A stretch of 55,059 bases of DNA from a virus (lineage: Duplodnaviria > Caudoviricetes): positions 1 through 55,059 of IMG/VR virus record IMGVR_UViG_3300047547_000250; one strand, given 5' to 3'. Shown piece after piece: positions 19,701 through 29,170 of this stretch (positions are counted from its first letter, which is position 1; the number at the start of each line of letters is the position of its first letter). A program made the translations under genes and the position numbers. The notes below the pieces were generated by a model that saw only the letters and a list, made by a program, of their open reading frames with translations, was not told where the DNA came from and ran no database searches.

Positions 19701-20364
19701 TATATCTCAAAATAAGTCTTCACGTGTAACAAACTTGAACCCATACATGGTGTTTTCATGGGAGGGATCCATGACAATTTCTCCAGCATCTGACACATGG
19801 ATTGAAACTCAAGAACTACCAACGATATTCAATACGTCTACAGTTAGTGCACCAACAGAGACACGAGTTGTTAGAGTTAGACGGAGAGTTAGGCCAACAC
19901 CGGTTCGAAATACATCGAATCCACCAACACCTCCAGCACCTTCTACTCCACCTAGAGTCACACCGGCACCAACACCAACAATTATTGTGGTTACGCCTAG
20001 GAATATTCCAATACCAATTCCGTTACCTGTACCAATTCCATTGATTGCAACAATTAGAGTACAGGCATGGGCAAGAGACCTTGGGTTAGTCAACCTTAAT
20101 AACCCATCTGATCCTAATTGGAATACTCGTGTATTTGTTACTGTACCAGCTAACATTGGTTCTCAAGTTAATAGAGTGATTGCGGACTGGATGGCTGAAG
20201 CAGCAACAGGTGTTCCATTTAATACTTCCCAGAAATGGGCATCAACGATTACGGCTTTGGGTACTGCATTATCCAATGCAACTTCTGTTAGAACAGCAAG
20301 TGGTCAGGCGTTTACAACGACTAGAGTTGCAACACCTGCACAGATTATTAATTTCTGGCAGTAA
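16756..20364 (+). CDS. DUF4815/VrlC-like virion protein, N-terminal part
   Basis: PYFNDFD..KNFHQILFRP..SVQARELTQLQSIL, APGADRLK, ARRTYDESGDY, RYRMQDIKKLE.RVKNLE and RFKSGYLVDNF motifs. Confidence 0.85.
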   Translation: MALDTNIAPYFNDFDEFKNFHQILFRPSFSVQARELTQLQSILRDQIAKFGGHIFKHGSVVIPGNTLSDLQTQYIKLEDTFASVAIDVSTFDGLTVIGETTGVKAVVRAVVAKDSTDPNTLYLSYISGGGANGEYSTFAAGEELYVETSPTTRAQVVATTPSGMGSLAFVKAGTYFINGNFVNVDDQKVIISKYTSTPSCRVLLKISESIVTSNTDSTLLDPASGSYNFSAPGADRLKISLTLTTLPLVDDVTDDYIELMRYNAGVLEMHSRYPKYSELEKSIARRTYDESGDYLVNGFETRIREHKKTLYNNGFDEAGDAGKYVIETLPGKGYINGIEVESIYEQRLEVDKARTSAHVKQNTFSINAFYGRYIYVSGLISQPNYKQRTKVDLYNISASTGGTKIGTLRAVAIDYVAGDPGTTNAVYKLYIDELSLNVGYKIENVGGFRFTGSSTGYGKVVHKLSIPSATLDFTIGEILSSPTATRVATVAYYNRSQGIVFAYKHDATKQIPIKGDTVTGSSGSTPTGSVTSVESVVSRNAPAVFPLPKSYVKSIANVTTYDITYTVWKTLVLTTDASGNALQTITDGVFTTPEVGTTVAIGPSGVVTNDKLSIQTETTFRITGGPLSSTVIVLTQVTKDASTNPATQPKIKTLTTVTLNNVVPAKTISLGKADIFKIVSIHSNGVEVTDSYSLDNGQTDFYYGIGKIKLTRTLPTSNLTIVFEYFEHSGSGDFFSVDSYKTLGIEDDLYVSRVPTYVSSSSSSEFYLANCLDFRPTIGTTGEFTSGGASLIDTLVVDEIVDTTVKYYVPRIDATYLDQDGSIKIAIGIPDEVPQLPKLPSNVAPIARFFVNAYTVNIDDIMMRAIGTFRYRMQDIKKLEGRVKNLEFVTQLNSLETSVVSYNVIDAETGIDRFKSGYLVDNFQQYDSVCNYYLNENRCTFFDHKLSAPVEDFQGNITLMSSSSNYLNVYNYLMLPYTESKFISQNKSSRVTNLNPYMVFSWEGSMTISPASDTWIETQELPTIFNTSTVSAPTETRVVRVRRRVRPTPVRNTSNPPTPPAPSTPPRVTPAPTPTIIVVTPRNIPIPIPLPVPIPLIATIRVQAWARDLGLVNLNNPSDPNWNTRVFVTVPANIGSQVNRVIADWMAEAATGVPFNTSQKWASTITALGTALSNATSVRTASGQAFTTTRVATPAQIINFWQ

Positions 20365-20421
20365 ATTGCTGCTATTAAGTAATCAATAAACACCTATTTT
20401 ACCTACTGGACATAATGTCAT

Positions 20422-22854
20422 ATGGCAACACAACGAATTGATACAAATAGGCAGTTGGTATCCTCAACTGCAATTGCATATATTAGACCGATAACGATTA
20501 CTATTGCAGCATCAAATCTTAAACCGAATACTCAAATGTATGCGTTTTTTGATTCAAATGACGTAAATCGGTATATGACGCAGGCTGGTAAGGCAAAGGG
20601 TGAGCAGCTTGTTACTGATGCAAATGGTTCAATAAGTGCAACGTTTGATATTCCTGGTATGATGTTTGCAACAGGGCCCCGAGAACTGTTGTTGATGGAT
20701 TCTCCATCATATAGTAGTCTAAGTATTGTTGGTTCTGCTATCGTTAAAGCATCCGCAACGTTTAATGCTCGTGGAACACTTGAAACATTCCAGACAACGC
20801 AAACAACAACTATTATTAACCAAGTAGCACCTCCACCAAGACGACGCGAAAACAGGGATCCGCTTGCACAATCCTTTTTTACATATGGTGTAAGTGGAGG
20901 ATGTTTTATTACTGGTATTGGGTTGTATTTTAATACCAAAGATGCGGCGTTACCTGTAATAGTTGAAATTCGTAAGATGGTTAATGGATATCCTGCGCCT
21001 GAATTAGTATCTCTGGATGCATATACATCTCTTATACCAAGTCAAATAACAACATCTTCAAACGCAAGTGCTGAAACACGATTTGATTTCTTGCGCCCGA
21101 TTTACCTAGAACAAGACTCAGAGTATTGTTTTGTTGTTCGTACTACATCCAGTAAGTATAACATTTTCACGGCTCGTTTAGGTGAAAAGTCTCTTGAGAC
21201 AAATACAACTATTTTTGAACAACCTTACATGGGGTCTATGTTCAAATCAGAGAACAATGTTACATGGACTGCTGAGCAGACTGAAGACATTAAGTTCAAT
21301 ATGTACAAAGCAGAATTTAATACAACAACTCCTGCTACATTAGAATTTTATGTTCATCCCAACAATGTATCACTTGAACCACAAGCATTTCAGACAATTG
21401 CTGGTTTACCTAGAGTCTTTATTACGTTCCCATTTAAGCATGGTCTAGATATTAATTCCAAACTTGGAGTTTCTGGTGATAGTTCAAGTAACTACAACGG
21501 TATTACTGGTGCAAACTTTACTGGTGATTTTACTGTAATTGATGTTGTTGATGAATTCACTGTTAGCTTTAATGCACTTGGTAATGCAACAAAATCAGGA
21601 AGCATAGAATCGACTGGTCGTGTGTATGACATAATTGTTAATGAAGGTGGTACTGGATATTCAAGCACTGTTCCTCCAGCTGTTGTTATTACTGGTACTG
21701 GTACAGGTGCTGTTGCAACTGCGGTTGTTAAAGACGGTAAAGTTGTTGATGTCAATATTACAAATATGGGTACTGGCTATGATGAGACAACAACTATAAC
21801 GTTCAACTCATCTGGTACAACTGGTTCGGGTGCAGCTGCAATTGCTATTACAACACAACAAATAACTATATCAACTAATCGTCCATTCCAATCTGTTAAA
21901 CCTGATATTTCAGTTGAAGTTCCACAAGGTACAAACGTTTCTAGTACATTGTCAACTATTCAAGCATCATATGACGATGGAAATGCTGCAAACTACTCTA
22001 ATGGTAAGACATATGATTTAGCTATTGGTGAGTTCAATGAATTGGACATTAATGCATTATCATCCAATAGAGTAAATGAAGTTCAATTATTAGGCGGTGT
22101 TGCATCAACAAAATATACAGTTACATTAAGTTCAGATAACCATAATGTATCACCCATTATTGATTTAAAAGAATCTGGTATTGTTCTACGAAACAATAGC
22201 ATTAACAACCAAAAAGCTGAAAACATTCTATCTACAAATTCTTCCGGTAGTGTTGTTTCAATTGACCTAATTCAAGGTGGAGCAGGGTATACATCTGTTC
22301 CAGATGTTGTTATAACAGGAACAGGTGAAGGCGCAACAGCAACAGCAACTGTCTCTGGTGGTGTTGTTACTGGTATAACTGTTACAGATCCTGGTACAGG
22401 GTACTATGGTAATGCATATGCTGTTTTAACTGGTGGAGGTTACACTACTAGAGCAACTGTAACTGTAACAATAACTGATTACAACTCAGAATTATCTGCA
22501 TCACTTGGTAGATCACAAGGTAGATACATCACAAAGACTCAAATTGTAGAACAAATCTCTACATCTATTCGTTGTTATGTGAGTGCATTCTCAAATGCAT
22601 ATTCTAGCTTCGAAGTATATGCTAGAACTGCTATGTCATCATCAAGCGAGTTTATTGATGAAAAAGAATGGAAGTTGTTAAATTGCAACATAGATAGAAA
22701 CAGATCACAGAAGAAGAATGAGTTCCTTGAATATGAATTCAATTTAGATGGTCTAAGTGAATTTGATTCATACCAACTCAAATTTGTTCTAAGAACAAAG
22801 ACTCCTTGGGAACCCCCAATTATTCGTAACTACAGAGCAATTATTTTAGCATGA
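20422..22854 (+). CDS. DUF4815/VrlC-like virion protein, C-terminal part
   Basis: YIRP..I...[39 protein letters not shown] and [10 protein letters not shown] motifs; two GG.GY..P.V.I.G.G.GA inserts. Confidence 0.85.
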   Translation: MATQRIDTNRQLVSSTAIAYIRPITITIAASNLKPNTQMYAFFDSNDVNRYMTQAGKAKGEQLVTDANGSISATFDIPGMMFATGPRELLLMDSPSYSSLSIVGSAIVKASATFNARGTLETFQTTQTTTIINQVAPPPRRRENRDPLAQSFFTYGVSGGCFITGIGLYFNTKDAALPVIVEIRKMVNGYPAPELVSLDAYTSLIPSQITTSSNASAETRFDFLRPIYLEQDSEYCFVVRTTSSKYNIFTARLGEKSLETNTTIFEQPYMGSMFKSENNVTWTAEQTEDIKFNMYKAEFNTTTPATLEFYVHPNNVSLEPQAFQTIAGLPRVFITFPFKHGLDINSKLGVSGDSSSNYNGITGANFTGDFTVIDVVDEFTVSFNALGNATKSGSIESTGRVYDIIVNEGGTGYSSTVPPAVVITGTGTGAVATAVVKDGKVVDVNITNMGTGYDETTTITFNSSGTTGSGAAAIAITTQQITISTNRPFQSVKPDISVEVPQGTNVSSTLSTIQASYDDGNAANYSNGKTYDLAIGEFNELDINALSSNRVNEVQLLGGVASTKYTVTLSSDNHNVSPIIDLKESGIVLRNNSINNQKAENILSTNSSGSVVSIDLIQGGAGYTSVPDVVITGTGEGATATATVSGGVVTGITVTDPGTGYYGNAYAVLTGGGYTTRATVTVTITDYNSELSASLGRSQGRYITKTQIVEQISTSIRCYVSAFSNAYSSFEVYARTAMSSSSEFIDEKEWKLLNCNIDRNRSQKKNEFLEYEFNLDGLSEFDSYQLKFVLRTKTPWEPPIIRNYRAIILA

Positions 22855-23063
22855 CTGTTGTTGATTCAAATGGTAAGGTAATAGAAGGTATTATGCGAAC
22901 TGCAAATAGCGGTTTAGTTGTTACTGATACTATTGCATACAAAAAGTATCTCGCTGAAAAGCAAAAGAATGATAGACTTTCGTCTGTTGAAGCTGACATT
23001 CAAGAATTAAAAACTTCTATGTTGGAAATATTAAAAATTTTGAAAGCAGATAAAGACACATAA
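22851..23063 (+). CDS. Small coiled-coil protein
   Basis: 70 aa with D..AYKKYL and a heptad C-terminus. Such proteins typically follow DUF4815 genes in T4-like phages. Confidence 0.6.
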   Translation: MTVVDSNGKVIEGIMRTANSGLVVTDTIAYKKYLAEKQKNDRLSSVEADIQELKTSMLEILKILKADKDT

Positions 23064-23064
23064 T

Positions 23065-23421
23065 ATGATCAAGACTGATCACGAATACTTAGATGTTGCA
23101 ATGAAGAATTATGATAACCCTTCATGTATAACGTTACAGGAGTTCAATAAAGACCTCAACCAATACGTTCATATCAAGAAGGGTGTTCGTCGGTATCTTG
23201 TTGATAACTCAACTCTTAGGAAGTTAGTTAACCAAGTGGTTATCTATTATAACTGCTTTGGTAGAGCAGGAACAGACTTACTGATATACAAAACGCATGA
23301 AGCAGATGTACTATCAGTATTAATTCCTATTATTTTATATCTTGGTAGATCTACTGACGCAATGGAAACATTAAACGTAACAGTAAATATAGATACAATA
23401 AAACAGTTATCAGAGTTATAA
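23065..23421 (+). CDS. Conserved T4-like hypothetical protein
   Basis: AMKNYDNPSC....EF..DL and N.VVIYYNCFG motifs. Confidence 0.65.
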   Translation: MIKTDHEYLDVAMKNYDNPSCITLQEFNKDLNQYVHIKKGVRRYLVDNSTLRKLVNQVVIYYNCFGRAGTDLLIYKTHEADVLSVLIPIILYLGRSTDAMETLNVTVNIDTIKQLSEL

Positions 23422-23423
23422 CG

Positions 23424-23786
23424 ATGCAATCAGCCAAACAATTTATTAGTCATGTTCTATGTTCGAATTTAAAAACACTCTTAACTGAGGATTATCCTCT
23501 TTCAACACAGTTAAGCGTGATGTTAATGATTCACAAAAACATGGCATATGTTGTTGAGGACACTGAAAAAGAAATATCTAAGACGTTTTCAAAGATTCTA
23601 TCTATTGTTGTTGAAAACAACATGATGCTTCCAGAGGAATTCTTTGAAGTCGAGGCCGCTGTCAAACAGATAACAGAAGAAGGTGAAAGTGCTGCACCAA
23701 CCAATGTTGTTGCTGGTATTGAACCAACTGTTCCTCGCATAAAAAGGAAACCTACAAATGATCCCATTGTCACCGACAGCAATTAA
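23424..23786 (+). CDS. Hypothetical protein (possible processed head protein)
   Basis: 120 aa with an ITEEGESAAPTNVVAGI motif. Confidence 0.55.
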   Translation: MQSAKQFISHVLCSNLKTLLTEDYPLSTQLSVMLMIHKNMAYVVEDTEKEISKTFSKILSIVVENNMMLPEEFFEVEAAVKQITEEGESAAPTNVVAGIEPTVPRIKRKPTNDPIVTDSN

Positions 23787-24147
23787 ATTTTTCATTGCAT
23801 CGGCTGTAACTGTTATCTTACTTGGTGGTGTTTATTACCTAGGGTATACACATGCAGAAGATAAATACACCTTGATTCTCAATGAGCAAAAGAGCAAGAT
23901 TGAGATACTAGAAGCAAGAGAAGAAAAAATCAATACTGTAATTGTAACAGAGTATAAAGATAAAATTGTGTATGTTACAAAGGTTGAAGAAAAGATTAAA
24001 GAGGTAACTCGAGATGTACTTGGTCCAGAAGTTAATCGTTGTGATATTGGCCCTGGGTTTATTAGCTTGCACAACGCCGCAGCCAACAATAAAGCCATAT
24101 CCACAAGCACCAGCTCCATTGATGACAGCTCCGGCTCCATTAAGTGA
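23758..24147 (+). CDS. i-spanin (Rz-like)
   Basis: N-terminal TM helix, coiled coil and C-terminal C..G.GFISLHNAAA; overlaps a lipoprotein gene. Confidence 0.85.
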   Translation: MIPLSPTAIKFFIASAVTVILLGGVYYLGYTHAEDKYTLILNEQKSKIEILEAREEKINTVIVTEYKDKIVYVTKVEEKIKEVTRDVLGPEVNRCDIGPGFISLHNAAANNKAISTSTSSIDDSSGSIK

Positions 24148-24304
24148 ATTGCCACCAAATCCTAATTTAGTTGATGTGTCAACTACTATAACTGGAAATT
24201 ATTCTCTTTATCATAAAGTCGCTGCACAATTAGTATCATTGCAGCAATGGGTCATTATGGTTAGAGAGGAGTCATTGAATGTCAATGGTAGAAATAAAGA
24301 TTGA
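24014..24304 (+). CDS. o-spanin (Rz1-like lipoprotein)
   Basis: Lipobox LLA-C, Pro-rich region and SLQQW; overlaps the i-spanin in another frame. Confidence 0.85.
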   Translation: MYLVQKLIVVILALGLLACTTPQPTIKPYPQAPAPLMTAPAPLSELPPNPNLVDVSTTITGNYSLYHKVAAQLVSLQQWVIMVREESLNVNGRNKD

Positions 24305-24686
24305 GCGAAAGCGATTTGTTGACGTTGATTTTTCATTTAAAAAACATCCATCAACCAATGATGTTGTTAAGAAAACAAATGAATTAGCAATCATTGCAGC
24401 AATTAAGAATCTTGTCCTTACTAAGCTCTATGGTAGACCATTTCATCCAGAGTTGTCATCGCAAGTTCATGACTTACTATTTGAGCCGCTAACTGCTGTA
24501 ACTGCATCTACTCTAAAACGGTCCATTAAGTATGTTATAGACAACTTTGAGCCGCGTGTTGAACTTTTGTTAGTCAACGTCAAGGACTCAGCTGACTTAA
24601 ATGCAATTGATGTAACAATTGTATTCAACATCATTGGGTTTTCTGAAACAGTTACAACACAATTCTTCCTACAACGGATGCTATAA
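24279..24686 (+). CDS. Baseplate wedge subunit, T4 gp25-like
   Basis: DVDFSF..HP, AIKNLVLT...RPFHPE and LLFEP...I.NFEPRV motifs. Confidence 0.92.
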   Translation: MSMVEIKIERKRFVDVDFSFKKHPSTNDVVKKTNELAIIAAIKNLVLTKLYGRPFHPELSSQVHDLLFEPLTAVTASTLKRSIKYVIDNFEPRVELLLVNVKDSADLNAIDVTIVFNIIGFSETVTTQFFLQRML

Positions 24687-26449
24687 TGACCGGCCAACTA
24701 AGAGTAACAGAGTTAGACTTTGATCAGATAAAAGTCAACTTAAAAGAATTTTTAAGAACAAAGAGTGAGTTCACGGACTATGACTTTGATGGTTCTGCAT
24801 TGTCTGTCATTATTGATCTTTTAGCATACAATACGCACTACAACGCCGTTATTGCTAATATGCTTATTCAAGAACTTTTCTTGGATACAGCAGTCAAGCG
24901 TCAATCTATTTCTTTGATTGCAAAACGCATGGGGTATATGCCTCGTAGCTACAGAGCACCTAAAGCAGTTGTTGATCTCGAAGTGTTTCCAGTTGGGAAT
25001 CCGTCTTCGTTGACGCTTGGTAAAAACGCAAAGTTTACGGCACAGCTAGAAAACTTTGAAAATGCTAACTTCATTACTCGTGATGCAATTACAATTGTCC
25101 CTAATGGATTAGGTAGATACATATTTGAGGATGTTCCTGTATATGAAGGTGACAACAATGTGTTTAGGTATGTTGTAACTAATCCAGTTGTCCAACAATT
25201 TGAAATACCTTCTATATTTGTTGATACAACTTTGGTTAGAGTGTATGTCCAAGAATCAATTGGATCAACTAATGTTGTTGAGTGGTCAAATGCTAATAGT
25301 TTAGTTGATATCAATTCAACGTCCAAAGTGTATTTCATTAAACTAAATGAAAATCTAAAATATGAAGTGTATTTTGGTGATGATTCATTTGGTAAATCCG
25401 TAATCCCTGGAAATGTTATTGTTATTGATTATGTTGCAACCAATGGTCCAGTTGCAAACAATGTATCAAAAATAACTTTTTCCGGATCAGTAAACGGTAA
25501 TAACAATACGCAAACAACGGTTGTAACGCCATCGTTTGGTGGTTCACTACCAGAAACAAACGATCAGATTCGCACAAATGCTCAGCGAAATGTAATGGTT
25601 CAAAATAGAGCAGTAACAGAATCCGATTACATATCCATTATCAACCAGATCATTCCAGTTGACTCTGTCGCTGTCTATGGTGGTGAGACGATTACCCCAC
25701 CACAGTATGGTAAGGTATTTGTATCTGTTAAACAGACTGGTACAACAAACCCACTAACTACATCACAGAAAACATCGCTCATCAGTGAACTCAAAAAACG
25801 TGCAGTAATGTCATTGGTGCATGAATTCATTGATCCAACATATGTCTACATTGGTATATCTGCTAGTGTTAGTTATAATGCCACTAAGACAACATTAAAT
25901 GTTGCATCATTTAATACCGTTATCACTAACAAGATCAAAGACTTTGCTACAGCAAATCTAAACGGTTTCAATAGCAATTTTGAATACTCTAAATTAGTAA
26001 CTGCAATTGATGCAGCGGATGCAGCTGTTGTATCTAATGATACTGCAATTACAATGCGTAAAGAGATTGATCTACTACATGGTATCAATCAAAAATATGT
26101 ATTTGATTTCAATACATCAATAAAACAGAGTAACTCCAAAGAAGATAACATTGTTTCATCACCAATTATTTTAAGTAGCGACACAGATAAGGTTGCTTAC
26201 ATTGATGATGTTGATGGTATTATGCGTGTTTTCTATAAGTTAAATAATCAGAAGGTTACTTTAATTGAGAATATAGGTACTGTTGACTATACAAAGGGAT
26301 TGATTACAATAAACGTCAATACCACTGTAGGGGAATCTAGTCACTTAAAATTCACCGTTGTTCCATCAAATAGAAACTTTATTCCTGGAAGAAATAACAT
26401 TCTAACAGTTCTAGACGCAGACATAAAAACTAAAATACAAGCAGTCTAA
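24686..26449 (+). CDS. Baseplate wedge subunit, T4 gp6-like
   Basis: LDFDQIK.NLK.FL, FTDYDFDGS.LS..IDLLAYNTHYN, QNRAVT..DY and PPQYGKVF motifs. Confidence 0.95.
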   Translation: MTGQLRVTELDFDQIKVNLKEFLRTKSEFTDYDFDGSALSVIIDLLAYNTHYNAVIANMLIQELFLDTAVKRQSISLIAKRMGYMPRSYRAPKAVVDLEVFPVGNPSSLTLGKNAKFTAQLENFENANFITRDAITIVPNGLGRYIFEDVPVYEGDNNVFRYVVTNPVVQQFEIPSIFVDTTLVRVYVQESIGSTNVVEWSNANSLVDINSTSKVYFIKLNENLKYEVYFGDDSFGKSVIPGNVIVIDYVATNGPVANNVSKITFSGSVNGNNNTQTTVVTPSFGGSLPETNDQIRTNAQRNVMVQNRAVTESDYISIINQIIPVDSVAVYGGETITPPQYGKVFVSVKQTGTTNPLTTSQKTSLISELKKRAVMSLVHEFIDPTYVYIGISASVSYNATKTTLNVASFNTVITNKIKDFATANLNGFNSNFEYSKLVTAIDAADAAVVSNDTAITMRKEIDLLHGINQKYVFDFNTSIKQSNSKEDNIVSSPIILSSDTDKVAYIDDVDGIMRVFYKLNNQKVTLIENIGTVDYTKGLITINVNTTVGESSHLKFTVVPSNRNFIPGRNNILTVLDADIKTKIQAV

Positions 26450-28695
26450 TGGGGGCAACTAGCAAACATCTAATAGAGCAACAGATTCCGTATCATATAC
26501 GTGAGTCGAGTCCTCTGTTCACTAAATTTTTACAGTATTATTATGAGTTCATTGAACAATCAGAAATCAATGAATTCATTCAAGATATACGTAGCATAAA
26601 TGATATTGATGAAGTAGATGTTGTTTTCATAAAACAATTTTATGAGGAATTCAAAAGGTTACCTCGTAATATTGCAACAAATGAACGTTTTGTTGCAAAG
26701 CACATATACGATCTCTATAAAACAAAAGGTAGCGAACGCTCAATTAAACTTTTGTTTAAAATTGTGTATGGTGATGATATCAATATCAGATATCCTAGTG
26801 AGTCAATTTTACGAGCATCCGATGGACGCTGGGTTCAAAGTAAGTTTGTAACGATCCAATTTGATGCTACTATACCATCTCAACTCGTTGTCCCAACTGG
26901 TGCAAGATTACTTTTCAATAACTCATTTGGGTCATATGAGATAGATGTCACTGCTGTTGAATTTATCACGACATCTAAGCTACGTGTATATTTCAAAAGC
27001 ACATCATCAGTAAACGTTGTAGCAGATCAAGAGATAACGCTCATTGATGCAAACGATCTTAGTTTAGTTGGTATTGTTACAACTGAATTCAGTAAACTTT
27101 CTATTATTGATGGTGGTTCTGGATGGAAACGTGGTCAGACAATTGTTGTTCCTGGTACATTCAAAGATACAATTGCTAGAGTTTCGCTTGTTGGTGCAGC
27201 TGGTAGCATTGTTGAACTAGATGTTATTGAATATGGTTGGACACACAACACCAATCAAACACTGATTATTACGGGTGCATACTCTGCTACGCTAGGGTTT
27301 GTAACATCACGACTTACAACAACTCGTGGGTATTATGAGAGTGATGCAGGGCAGATATCAAACTCAGAAGTTAAGTTACAGGACAATGAATTCTACCAAC
27401 AATATTCGTATGTAATTGATACCAACGTTGGTATTGAAACATTCAAAGATATTATTGGAATTGTACACCCAGCGGGTACACGGTATTTTTCTCAGCTTAT
27501 CAAGACAGCTAATATTGATGTCAGTTCATATATCACTGGCCAATATGCGCAAAGTGCTGGTACAATGTATCTACAAGATGTTGCAGATACAGATGACTCA
27601 AATATCAAATTCATTACTGGTAATTTGGCTGATACACCTGTAATTGTAGAAACAATAACGAATAAGACACTATCAACGTCTAGGTCCGATACTGCTACAA
27701 TCAGTGACGCACCTGCTAAGAGCTTCATTACTAGCAGATCTGAGATTCTATCTACACCTACGGATTCATCTACCTTGGCTTATACCAAGGTTGAAACAGA
27801 GACTATTGTTACATCTGAGGATATTACAGGCGTTTCAATTGCATCCAATTTAGTTGATACAGTTGCAGCACCAGTCGATCTAATCTCTAACAATCTAACT
27901 CGTGGTGCGTCTGATTCACAAGCAGTCGCTGACTCAACACCATCTAAGACAATTGTATCTACAGTTAACGAAACCGTTACAGTATCTGATACTCGCACTC
28001 TAAGTGCAACAGCGGTTACAGCTGATTCAGTAACTGTAACTGATCAGAATACTGTTACAGCAACTCTTGGATTGAGTGACACTGCTACTATAACTGAAGA
28101 TGCAACTGAGGCATTTGTTGTATCGTTGGTTGATTCACCAGCAATTACTGACTCAATAACTTCTAAAGTAATGTCATCTGACATCTATGACATTGCTACA
28201 CTTGGTGATACCCGTACTCTGAGCGCAACTGCTGTTGCATCTGATTCAGTAACTGTAACTGATCAGAATAGCAATGGACCTAGCATTACATTGAGTGATA
28301 ACAATGTTACATCAACTGATGTCATAACAAACATAGGACCAAGCCGTGACCTATCAGATAGTCAAGCAGTTGCTGATGGCATAACCAGTAAAACTTCATC
28401 TGTTGTATTGAATGACACCGCAGTAACTGGTGAGTCCATATCAGTTGCTGGAAATATTATAATTACATTGGATGATGCACCAAGTATTGTAGATGCACCT
28501 GCTAACACATATGTACTGAATCTATCCGATAGTACACCTGTTACCGACGCCTTGAGTATATCTCAGACTAAATACAATACAGATACAGTGACTCCAACTG
28601 ATGGAACTCCTGTTACCACGTTCGTTGTATATCAATCAGAGGATTATTTCTCTGAAGTATACGTAGCCTCAGAAACCATTATTAACATAACATAA
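26449..28695 (+). CDS. Baseplate wedge initiator, T4 gp7-like, with C-terminal acidic Ser/Thr repeat extension
   Basis: F..FLQYYYEF, YKTKGSERSIKLLFK, LQDNEFYQQYSYVI and HPAGT motifs, then about 370 aa of SD/TD repeats. Confidence 0.8.
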   Translation: MGATSKHLIEQQIPYHIRESSPLFTKFLQYYYEFIEQSEINEFIQDIRSINDIDEVDVVFIKQFYEEFKRLPRNIATNERFVAKHIYDLYKTKGSERSIKLLFKIVYGDDINIRYPSESILRASDGRWVQSKFVTIQFDATIPSQLVVPTGARLLFNNSFGSYEIDVTAVEFITTSKLRVYFKSTSSVNVVADQEITLIDANDLSLVGIVTTEFSKLSIIDGGSGWKRGQTIVVPGTFKDTIARVSLVGAAGSIVELDVIEYGWTHNTNQTLIITGAYSATLGFVTSRLTTTRGYYESDAGQISNSEVKLQDNEFYQQYSYVIDTNVGIETFKDIIGIVHPAGTRYFSQLIKTANIDVSSYITGQYAQSAGTMYLQDVADTDDSNIKFITGNLADTPVIVETITNKTLSTSRSDTATISDAPAKSFITSRSEILSTPTDSSTLAYTKVETETIVTSEDITGVSIASNLVDTVAAPVDLISNNLTRGASDSQAVADSTPSKTIVSTVNETVTVSDTRTLSATAVTADSVTVTDQNTVTATLGLSDTATITEDATEAFVVSLVDSPAITDSITSKVMSSDIYDIATLGDTRTLSATAVASDSVTVTDQNSNGPSITLSDNNVTSTDVITNIGPSRDLSDSQAVADGITSKTSSVVLNDTAVTGESISVAGNIIITLDDAPSIVDAPANTYVLNLSDSTPVTDALSISQTKYNTDTVTPTDGTPVTTFVVYQSEDYFSEVYVASETIINIT

Positions 28696-28697
28696 CT

Positions 28698-29132
28698 ATG
28701 AACGATCAAATCAAAGCTATTGGTGCATTGGATATTGTCTTAACTGACATTTATGGCAATGTAAAAGAACAAATCCATGTTCCTAACTTAGTTGTAACTG
28801 TGGGTAAAAACCACATTGCAGCGCGTCTAGGGAGCTCTGCAACTGCAATGTCACACATGGCCATTGGTTCAGGTGCTGTTGCTGCTGCTGCTTCCGACTC
28901 AGCACTTGGTACCGAACTAGGACGTGTTGCATTGACTTCTACAACCGTTAACACAAACGTGGTTACCTATGTAGCTACATTTGGTGCTGGTGTAGGTACT
29001 GGTGCAGTAACTGAAGCTGGTCTATTCAATGCCGCTTCTGCAGGCACATTGCTATGTCGCACTCTGTTCTCTGTTATTAACAAGTCAGCATCTGACACTC
29101 TTACAATTAACTGGAACGTAACGATTTCCTAA
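28698..29132 (+). CDS. Small tail fibre/collar-type structural protein
   Basis: NLVVT.G, HMAIGSG......DSALGTEL.R, VTEAGLFN and INK...DTLTINW motifs. Confidence 0.7.
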   Translation: MNDQIKAIGALDIVLTDIYGNVKEQIHVPNLVVTVGKNHIAARLGSSATAMSHMAIGSGAVAAAASDSALGTELGRVALTSTTVNTNVVTYVATFGAGVGTGAVTEAGLFNAASAGTLLCRTLFSVINKSASDTLTINWNVTIS

Positions 29133-29170
29133 AATCATTTTTGATTTATTGTAAGTAACTAAGGGCACAG

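Noticed and set aside
20362-20421. Stop-codon read-through or genetic-code reassignment joining the two DUF4815 halves
   Set aside because: There are three in-frame TAA codons, and all other genes are intact under the standard code.
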